Shown here piece by piece: positions 11,051 through 20,568 of a stretch of DNA of 64,000 bases; the stretch's first letter is position 1, and every line of letters starts with the position of its first letter. The notes beneath the pieces are model-generated. The model was not told the DNA's origin, searched no databases, and saw only the letters and a list, made by a program, of their open reading frames with translations. The translations under genes were made by a program, and so were the position numbers. Where the stretch lies: assembly GCA_001661245.1 (NCBI GenBank), contig KV454013.1, positions 1,086,502 to 1,150,501 of the forward strand, in the 5' to 3' direction. This DNA is from Pachysolen tannophilus NRRL Y-2460. Its lineage: Eukaryota.

Positions 11051-14000
11051 GTATTCCAACAACTCATCGTAAGCTGGAATCTTTTTCCTTGTAATGTAGT
11101 TGTTCTTCTTGTCTTGAATGACAGAGATTTCGTCATATTCGTTCCAGAAACATTGAACATTTAATCCTAAATCTGGAACGTTGTTATCTTCAAAATTAAA
11201 ATCAAAACTTGGTAACCATTCTAATCCAACATGATAAAAAGGTGATGAAAAATTCAATTTGTATAATAATACTTCATCTATACCTTGCAGTATTTTGAAA
11301 ATATGTGCATTTTTGTCTGGGTCATATGATGGACCTGATGGAGTAGCAAAGATTTTAGAACCATTTGATGGTGGATATTGATCTCCGTCATGGTATATAG
11401 TTATCGATTTCACAGGTGAGAGTAATTTCTCATCTTGTTGTTTTTTAGTTAAATCATAAGTTGAGGTATTAAACGAAAGTAAGCAATTTCTATTTTTGGG
11501 AGCCCAGATTCTAAATTCTGCTGATAATAAATAGTAAGGTGATGAAACAGAAATTTTATCCTTTTTGTTATCGTCTTTTAATAGTTCAATTCTTGTATAA
11601 TTTTGGAAATCATTTTCCTCGATTGAACCATCAATTAACCAAGGTCTCAAAGGATCAAAATATGAACATGATTGTTGACCAGTTGAAAGCTTATCGCATA
11701 GAACCTTGAAATTTCTTGATTCCTTTGATTCCTTGAGGGATGGAAGATCGTTGATTGCAGACTCAAGAAAGTCACCATATCCAGTTAAAGTAACAGAATC
11801 CACAGATTTATCCAGATCAATTGTTTGTAAAAAAGATAATTTCAGTGGGTTTTGTAAAGATACTGCATTTTGTGAAATTGAAACATAACCACTAATGATA
11901 AAACTCAAGATTAAAACAACAAATATTAAAAAATTCAACCTGTGAACAAATGGTAATAACGGTAACCCTAATAAGACGGCAAAACAAGCTATCATATTAA
12001 ATGCCGCTTTTTGCAAAAGATCACTTTCTTGTACAACGTTATGTATACCTTCCATAATTAATTCTCCTAAATCATAAACTATAAATGTTGTAATTGGTAC
12101 AAATATTAAGAATTGAATTGACCAGTCATATGAAAAAGATTTCATAGCAGCTTTTTCTAATTTCTTGTTAAAATTTTCTTCAGATGCTTCAAATTCAGTA
12201 TCAAAGTTATCATGTTCATGTTCATGTTCATGTTCATGTTCATGTTCTTGTTCTTGTTCTTCAATCTCGGCATTTCGATTTGCTGTAGAAGTTGCTAATA
12301 GTGGAACATTTTCATCTGCTTGAATACCATTTACATTTTCGGTTTCTGTGGTTTCTGTACCATTCTCCAAATTTTCAACATTTTCAACATTCTCAACATT
12401 TTCAGGTTCCGTTCTATTATTACCAGTAGCTTGAGTATTAGACCTTCCATTATAATCAGTAGAACCATAATGTTTAATGTTCTCATATTGATTGTATTTA
12501 GGATTAGACTTGAATGCCATCCCCAATAATCCAAATAAGCTTGCTCCTGATATTAAAATGTAAACAATAATTATAGAATATTCTCCAATATTATCCTGTG
12601 AATGTAGTCTAGCTGTACTAATTATACCTGATATCCAAAAAATAAAACTTAACTCTAATAGTATAATTAATTTTTGATCATGAACTGGGAATAACCAATC
12701 ACAAAAATTTAAAACCAAGTAATTTATTATAATGGCAAAACTTGAGGTAGTTATCAATACTGCAAACCAATTATTATTAAGTATTATCGGATTCATCAGA
12801 TTGATAAAATTTGTTAATGAAAAAGTCAAGAATGATGACAGTATTATACTAATTGGTAATCTGAACCAACCATGAATACCTTTAAGATGCCATGTTTCCC
12901 TCTTTATAACAATGATTAATAATAATATTGTGAAAATTGGTATTGTTGTTAAAATGAAAATGTTTAGTGCGTATAATTTACTCACTGGAAAACTGATAAA
13001 CCAATAGTTTAAAACATCAAAAAACACTGAAATTGAAGTATCACTGTTAATCTCTTGACTATTACTTAAGGCATTTAACAAGTCTAAAGTATTTGAAAGC
13101 ATACTCCATAAAGAATTCTTTGAACTTGTTTTAATATTGTCAAATTCAGTATGATATAAAGATCTTGGTCTGTAAAAAGCTATATCAACACCTCTTAATC
13201 CTTTCAGTGAATAAATCTTATAGTCAGTTTCAGATTTAATTAATCCACTTTGGAAACCTTGCTGGAAAATAGAATTACCATATGGTCTTCTAACTTTCTG
13301 ATAAAAATTCACAACTCCATAATCAGTACCTCTAAATAATATAGATCTTCCTCCAGCACCTGTTCCTTCTAAATTAATAAAATATTTAACTAAATTAGCC
13401 CATTCATGATTGGAAAAAACTTCTGCTCCCATCAAACCATCTTCTTCGTTATTATTAAAATTGAAAATTATTGTTCTCAAAGGTTGTTCCACATCTTTAG
13501 ACATCAAATTTTCTAATATCCCAAGCATTGAAGCAACCCCCATCCCATCATCTGTAGTTCCATAAGAACTTGAAACAGAGTCATAATGTGAGCTGATTAA
13601 TATTCCATCTAAACTTTGATCTTTCCCAGTCACTTTCACCAATATATTCCCACTTTCAAAATACACAATTCTATTATCATTATTATTAAACATATTCTGT
13701 TGCTTAAAAATAGATCTTGAACCAAAATCATCATAAACTTCTGTATATTCTACTTTTAAACTAACAAGACTTTTAACTTTTTTCAAAATATAATCATGTA
13801 CAACATCATTCGCATGAGAAGAATAAGGATGAGGTTTCAAACAAATCTCTTGTAAGTCCGACCAAGCACTCGTCAATATCAACTGTGACAGTTCATCCGA
13901 TGGCAATCTTAACGATTGATATTCAACATATGAAGGTAAAAATATTGCAAAAAAATAAGATAATACAACCAACAAGCTTAAAGTTGTCTTTCTAAAACCA

Positions 14001-14065
14001 AATGTAGACCTTATAAACGATACAATTATACCAGGACCATCATCCTCTTTTGAAACACTTTTCAT
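11051..14065 (-). CDS. PFF1: Vacuolar membrane M28 metalloprotease Pff1 (main part)
   Basis: HPYSSHAND, SSHYDSV, GTTDDGMG, NNNEE.GL.GA, FINLEGTGAGG, YHT, then multiple TM segments and an EH repeat. ATG at 14065. Confidence 0.9.
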
Positions 14066-14306
14066 CTTATATCGATTCCAATGACAATTCCAATGACAAT
14101 CAACCAATTAATCACCTGTATATCGTCGTTTTTGAAATTGGAATATCGTTTTAATTGATATATTTTATAAAATGTAAACGGTATAATATACGGGCCCTTA
14201 ATAATAATAAAGAAAAACAGTACTTAAAGAATTTTTCAGTTTTTAATAATAATGTTCACAATTAAACAATTAAAAGAGAATTAATTATTTGAATTTAAAT
14301 TACAAG

Positions 14307-14379
14307 ATGTCTGTTGATGAAGAGTTTGCTCCGTTGAAGAATGATTTGATTTTGAGAGCTGCAAGAGGTGAAGTTGTTG
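14307..14379 (+). CDS. HEM12: Uroporphyrinogen decarboxylase, N-terminal piece
   Basis: [24 protein letters not shown] matches the Hem12 N-terminus. Confidence 0.9.
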
Positions 14380-15327
14380 TTGTACAAGGATCCAAATTTC
14401 CTTGTAAAGTGACTCTACCATTGTTTAATGCAACTGCATCTTCAGGTTTATATAACCAATCTAATGAAACACAAGAATAACCTGAATCACATAAGTTATC
14501 TAATGCGTACCATGAACCTTTAGCAAAGATAGTAATTGGAATTTTTCTTTAATTCCTAATTCTTTTAATTTTAATGGTAATTTAGAACTTATTTGTTTCA
14601 AATAAGGTAATGAAAATTCATTAAATTCATTTGGACCTAATTCTCCACCCCAAGATTCGAAAACTTGTAACATTTGAGCACCTGCTTTAACTTGATGAGC
14701 CAAGAAATCAATAGCAACATCAGTAATTTTTTGTAATAAAACATGTGCTTCTTTTGTATATTTATAAATCCATTCTTTAGCGAATCTAAATAATTTAGAA
14801 CCACCTCCTTCAACCATATATACTAATAAAGTCCAAGGACCACCACAAAATCCTAATAACGGTACTCTACCATTAAGTTTTTTCTAGTAACTGTAATTGA
14901 TTTTAAAGCCCAACCTAATTCTTTTTCAATATCAACTTTCTCATTTAATTTCAATAAATCTTCTGGTTTTCTTAAAGGATCAACAAAATGTGGACCTTGT
15001 TTTTCAATCATTTCAACTTCCATACCCATTGCTTGAGGAATAACCAAGATATCACTAAAGATAATCGCAGCATCAATTAAACCTTCAAAATGTTCAATAG
15101 GCTGTATGGTGATCTCAGAAGCTATCTCAGCATCACGACAAGTCTCAAAGAAATCACGGCCACCTTTAACTTCATGATACTCTGGCAAATAACGTCCGGC
15201 TTGTCTCTATAATTCAACAAAAAAAAAAAAAAAAAAAAAAACAAATCATCATCGTTAATAATAAAACTTGGAAATCTTTATATAAAGAAAATAAAAAGAC
15301 TTACCATAATCCAAACTGGAGGTCTCT
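14380..15327 (-). CDS. HEM12: Uroporphyrinogen decarboxylase, inverted middle piece (inversion 2, 948 bp) with one intron and two 1-nt homopolymer frameshifts
   Basis: (E)RPPVWIM-[intron][10 protein letters not shown]...[15 protein letters not shown]...[20 protein letters not shown]...QVFESW...[10 protein letters not shown]...LDW...LQGNLDPCT. Confidence 0.92.
15207..15304 (-). other. HEM12: Spliceosomal intron in HEM12 (98 nt)
   Basis: GTAAGT donor, TATTAAC branch (15260-15254), poly-T tract, TAG acceptor. Joins WIM to RQAGRY in phase 0. Confidence 0.9.
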
Positions 15328-15497
15328 TGTATGGATCAAAAGAAGTCATTACTCAAAAAGTTGCAAATATGATTAAAGGTTTTAATGGTGGTAAAAAAAA
15401 TTATATCATCAATTTTGGACATGGAACTCATCCCTTCATGGATCCAGAACAGGTTAGATGGTTCTTACAAGAATGTCATAGACTTGGATCCTTATAA
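15328..15497 (+). CDS. HEM12: Uroporphyrinogen decarboxylase, C-terminal piece
   Basis: (M)[55 protein letters not shown]. Confidence 0.9.
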
Positions 15498-15687
15498 ACC
15501 TCTTTTTCCAAATAATTGAAGTTATTTAAAGTAATTGGGAAAATTCCATTTTGTATAGTTAATTCTTAACTTTTTTTATATAAATATTGTTTTGTATTAA
15601 TTTTTCAGTAAATTTTTCATGTTTTAATTAAAAAGAATTTATATGATAATTAAATTAAAAGAATAAGAACAGAAGTAAATAGGTTTA

Positions 15688-16746
15688 ATGTCTAAGATAA
15701 AGAAGGAGAATATCTCACAGTTTCAATCCAATGAGCTTTATATATATCATTTGTCAAGAGATGTGCTAAATTCATTAGAATTGTTGTATTTTGATTCGTT
15801 AACTACAGAGGCAATTTCTCCAAACAGTATTGTTTCGTTAACTTCAAAATCTTTGGAACAACATAATGAACAATTGATGGATAATGAACAATCACAACTG
15901 ATTTCTAATGTTTGTCAAACTTGTGGTTCAAAGTTAGATGGACTTGATGTTAAGAAATCACATTACAAGAGTGATTTTCATAGATTCAACCTCAAGAGAA
16001 AATTACAAAAAGTACCTCCAGTAAGCGAGCTGGAGTTTGATAAAATTATTCAAGATTTGGATGAGAGTATAAGTGGTTCAGATTCTTCAAGTCAAGAAGA
16101 TGATAATGATAGTTATGATGATGATAAGGAAAAAAGGAACTTGGAGACAATATTTGAAAAAACAGATCGTTCTTTGAATAATCTTTCTATTCAAGACAAT
16201 GAACAGAGTGTTCATTATCTAAATACAAAATCACCATTTGTACTCTTCAAATCTAGTCTATTATCACCGGAAAGATGTTTTGGCATATATAAGTCTTCTT
16301 TTGATGTAACGGAATTACATTCGAATCCATTAGAAGCATTAAAGAATTGGAATAGTGTTGATCAATCAAAGAAATATTCAGCATTATTCATGATTGGAGG
16401 TGGGCATTTTGCAGGAGCAATTATATCTCATAATCCGAAACCAGTAAAGGGAAATATAAATGGTTCTTCGGGGGAATCTTTATTAGAGCAGTCAGTCAAT
16501 ATAATCGAACACAAGACATTCCACAGGTATACAACTAGAAGAAAGCAAGGTGGTTCCCAAGGAACCAATGATAATTCTAATGGTAAGGCTAACTCTGCAG
16601 GTTCATCTTTAAGACGTTATAATGAAGCTGCATTGGAGAAAGAAGTTAGAGAGTTGTTAAATAGTTGGAAAAATTATTTGATTAATTGTGAATCTATATT
16701 TATAAGAGCTAATGGTGCCTTGAATAGAAATATTTTGGTTGGATAT
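15688..16746 (+). CDS. VMS1: Vms1/ANKZF1, N-terminal part (C2H2 zinc finger and VLRF1 domain)
   Basis: CQTC...HYKSDFHRFNLKR, FMIGGGHFAGAII, HKTFHRYTTRRKQGGSQ, SAGSSLRRYNE. Stops abruptly after LVGY. Confidence 0.92.
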
Positions 16747-16816
16747 TAATTCAGACAGTAAAGGTAAAAAGTTTATAAATTACATTTTCATAAAAATTAA
16801 TAAAACAGAATTATAG
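16747..16816 (+). CDS. RDH54: Displaced C-terminal codons of RDH54 (inside inversion 3)
   Basis: (N)NSDSKGKKFINYIFIKINKTEL* is in frame with RDH54 once 16747-17751 is flipped. Confidence 0.7.
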
Positions 16817-16884
16817 AAAGATCTATTTATTTATTTAATTTTTTTCAAAAAAAAAAAGGTCAATTTCTATGTAAGCTAGTTTCA

Positions 16885-17751
16885 CTAATTCTTTCTATTC
16901 ATTCTTGCTTCAGCGGCTCTTGCTCTTTGTTCGCGCATCAATCTCATTTTTTGTTCATCAGATAACTGGTTCAACATTGATTGATTCGAAATAGAAGTCA
17001 TCACATTGCCTAGCGATTTTCCTGTTCCGTATTTCAGAACTCTTTCTGTTGCTATTTCCTTTTGGTACAGTTGCAACTCCTTCTCATGCAATAATTTTTT
17101 ATCATTTTCTTCCTTTGATTTGAGCTTTTCTTCTTCATCTAAAAACTCTTCTTTTGACTTCAGAGGTAAATTGACATGGGCATCTTCAACCCAGTTACAA
17201 TACACTTCACCTAAGTTATATCTTGCTATCTGAAATATTTTCTTGATTTCTTTATTAGAAGTTAATTCAAATGGTGTTTTCCCCAAATCATTTTTAATAC
17301 ATGGATTTGCCTTTAAATTGTTCAATAACACTTGTGTAATATAAGGTATATTATTGTATGTAGCGCAGTGCAACAAAGTTGGAGTCGTCAGGTACTCAGA
17401 ACTTGGTTTTAATTCAAAATCTGGTGAAAGTTTATTTTTCTTGATATAACTAATCAAAGCAGGTGCTTTGGATTTTTTTATAAAGCCAATCAATTCAATT
17501 GTATGCTTTTCATCTTCAGTCAACTCCTGAGCTGCTTCCAGTTTTCTTTCAGCTATTTGCCTTGAGTTTATCATATTTTGTTCTTGTTTCAAAAGTTTTT
17601 CTTTTAGTTTTTCATTAGTCTTTGGTAAATCCATTATATTCATATATGTCAAGTTAATCCATGCTTTTTTCAACTCAGACAGTGTAGCCCTCTTGGTGGT
17701 GAAAGGAAATGACTTAATTCTTTTGTCTTCATTTTTTAATACAGATCCTTC
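16885..17751 (-). CDS. VMS1: Vms1 C-terminal part (ankyrin repeats, coiled coil, VIM), inverted
   Basis: EGSVLKNEDKRIKSFPFTTKRAT.SELKKAW...TPTLLH...GKTPFEL...RLMREQRARAAEARM. Confidence 0.92.
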   Translation of the reverse strand, partial: EGSVLKNEDKRIKSFPFTTKRATLSELKKAWINLTYMNIMDLPKTNEKLKEKLLKQEQNMINSRQIAERKLEAAQELTEDEKHTIELIGFIKKSKAPALISYIKKNKLSPDFELKPSSEYLTTPTLLHCATYNNIPYITQVLLNNLKANPCIKNDLGKTPFELTSNKEIKKIFQIARYNLGEVYCNWVEDAHVNLPLKSKEEFLDEEEKLKSKEENDKKLLHEKELQLYQKEIATERVLKYGTGKSLGNVMTSISNQSMLNQLSDEQKMRLMREQRARAAEARMNRKN

Positions 17752-20381
17752 TTTCTAATTATATTTTCCAAGACTTCATCATAAGCAATAAATTCAGAGC
17801 ATACTTCAGGATCGATATGTTTGTAATCTTGTAAACTCTTAATTGCATTTTTCTTCTTTATCGGTTCTTGTGATACTTGCTTAAAATCTAATGCAGAAAT
17901 CCAGTCTGGTTTCGCATCATTAGATTTGTCTTCAAGTTCTTCTTTTTCTTCTTCTTCTGATTCAACCGGTTCAGAACCTTCAACTTCTTCTCCGGTACCT
18001 GTACACTTACATTCCAATAAGCTATGCGTATTACTTTTAATGTCTGCATCAACTGTGAATAAATCTCTTAAATCGCTGTATTCGAATAGGTCATTTTTTG
18101 AACTTGATTTATCGTCTAAAAACTTGTCACTCAAATTATTTTTCATTAGCTGTCTTTGGAAAATCTTTTCGTCAATTGCCCCAGATGTTAACAAACGATA
18201 TACAAAGACAGGCCTTTTTTGACCGTCTCTATGGATTCTTGCCATTGCTTGCAAGTCAACAGACGGATTCCAGTCATTATCAAATAAAATTAATCTCGAA
18301 GCACCTATCAAATTCAACCCGCATCCGCCTGATTTTGCTGATAATAAAAATACAAATGATGACAGCGATGATGAAGTGTTAAAATCGTTGACGACTTTAT
18401 CGCGGACCTTACTTTGCGTCGATCCATCCAATCTTAAATACGACATATTATGAGCATCTAAAATCGTTTGTAATAAATCTAACGTTTGAGTAAAATTTGA
18501 AATTAATACAACTTTCTCGTTAGACCCAAGGTCCCTAATACTGTTTAATAACTTGACCACTATTTTCATCTTCCCACTAGCTACTTTCTTAGATAAATCA
18601 TATTTACGTCCAGAATCATTCCCAGATATTTTGGTAAATATATCATCCTCATTGACTAATGCTGGAGAATTGCAAATTTTCCTGAAAACTGTAATCAAGC
18701 TCAAAGAATCACTAAAGTTATTTTTTTGAATCGTCTTATTGAACATTTGCGAATCCAAAACCAGGTTAAATAATGATAATTGCAATTTAGTCGGAGGAAC
18801 AAACAAAACAAGATCTGTTCTTGGAGGCAAAAATTTCGAAATAACCGTGTTGGTACGTCTCAAGATAAAAGTTCTAGTTATTTGGATCAACTCATCCGAT
18901 TTCTCGTTCCCCATTTCTATCACCTGTTTATTTTTACAATTCACTTCTCTAGCCCTCAAGATTGGATTAATAAAGTTTCTTTGAAATTTGTCAAAACTTC
19001 CAAATATACCTGGATTAACAAAATTAATTATATTATAAAACTCGGTTAAATCATTCTGAATTGGAGTTCCTGTTAACAATATTCTTTTCTCAATATCTAA
19101 AGTATTTAAAACTTTTAAAACTTTATTTTGAGAACTTTTTAATCTATGTCCTTCATCGCATACCAATAAATCGAAATCAACGGTTTCTAATTCATCGGCC
19201 ATAGTCAATACTTTCTCATAGCCTAATATCAAAACTTGATATACTCTGGTCCTACCAAAGCTCTTAATATTGGCTTTATCAGCTTTCAGGTTATTACTAC
19301 CATTTATTGTTAAGACACTTATTTTATTCATTCCCAACCATTTCTTAAATTCCTTTTTCCAGTTCCCAATCAAAGTAACTGGGCATACGACAAGTACTCT
19401 CTTAGCAACAGGAGATTGACTCAGGTAGGGAGATTGTCTTAACAAAGTCCAAATGAGGGTAATCGTCATTAAGGTCTTACCAAGTCCCATTTCATCAGCT
19501 AATAGAGCACCATTACCCCCATGATCTCTGAACCCCATTATACATTCATATAAAAACAAAACACCTTCTCTTTGATGAGGTCTCAAATGTTTTGATAAGC
19601 ATGGATCAACAACAACATCAACAACATCACTTTCAGGTTCATTTGGAGGACGTTTCATGACTAATGCTTCTTCTGCATTTGGATTATATAATGGTGGTCT
19701 TTTTTCCTTTGGTGGTCTACTAAGTGTATTTGCAGTAATAACTTGCTTAAATTTTGGTAAATTTATAGCTGGCTTTATAATTGGAGGTAAATATTTTATC
19801 ACTCTTGGAGGCTGTTGCTGAATTATATTTGTCTCTACATCCAGAGTATTCGAAGATGAATGTGACTGTAAATATCGCTGATATTTAGCTAATTCATCTG
19901 TATTAGTTATTTCATAATCAACTTCCATTTCATAATTACCTATCTTTACCAATCCTTCAAGATTTACCTTACCCAATGATCTGCATTGCTCTCTGTAATT
20001 TTCTCCCCCAGTTAAATCACATCTAAAAGTACCAGTCCCATCTTGATTCAAAATCAACAATCCATCACCATCCCAAGTTTTATTTTTTTTCATTGTTTTC
20101 TTTCTCCAAATGACAAAGAATATCTTAGAACCTCCTTGTCCTTCCCTTGAACTTATACACCTATCACAACTTTCAACCTGAACCTTCTTATTAACGGGAA
20201 GTTCAACATCAGAATGATGATGCGATATACTTCTCTTCTGTACCTCTTGTTCAATTACAACCTTGGCGTTTCCCTGATTTTTCAACTGATCAGTAATCGA
20301 ATTTGAAGACTTCATTCTCGGCGCTCTAAATGGCGTATTGAAAGAACCGCCAGAGTTCCCCCTCTGACTATTTCTATACAT
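17752..20381 (-). CDS. RDH54: Rad54-family SNF2 DNA translocase Rdh54/Tid1 (main part)
   Basis: WRKKTMKKNKTWDGDG N-terminal motif, LADEMGLGKT, CDEGHRLK, TGTPIQNDL, QAMARIHRDGQ. Confidence 0.9.
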
Positions 20382-20568
20382 CACAACTCCTATATTTCTA
20401 TTCCCATCTAATTCAAATAATTCTTCTCTTGTTTACAAAAACTGCAATTTTTGAAGTATTTATATTTTTTTATATTTTATTTTTTGGCGCGATTCCTAAA
20501 ATATACTACAACAACGAGAATGTTGTATTTTAACTATACTTTTCTTAAAAAGAATATACACAATTTAT

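Larger units (their letters stand above)
16747..17751. other. Inverted segment 3 (1005 bp)
   Basis: Carries the 3' ends of the convergent VMS1 and RDH54 genes in reversed orientation. Confidence 0.88.

Noticed and set aside
14289..14480. 63-aa plus-strand ORF as an independent gene
   Set aside because: It is the HEM12 N-terminus running into antisense HEM12 sequence.
14380..15331. TTGTA present at both HEM12 breakpoints as a possible recombination site or target duplication
   Set aside because: Only 5 bp, in direct rather than inverted orientation, and absent from the other four junctions.
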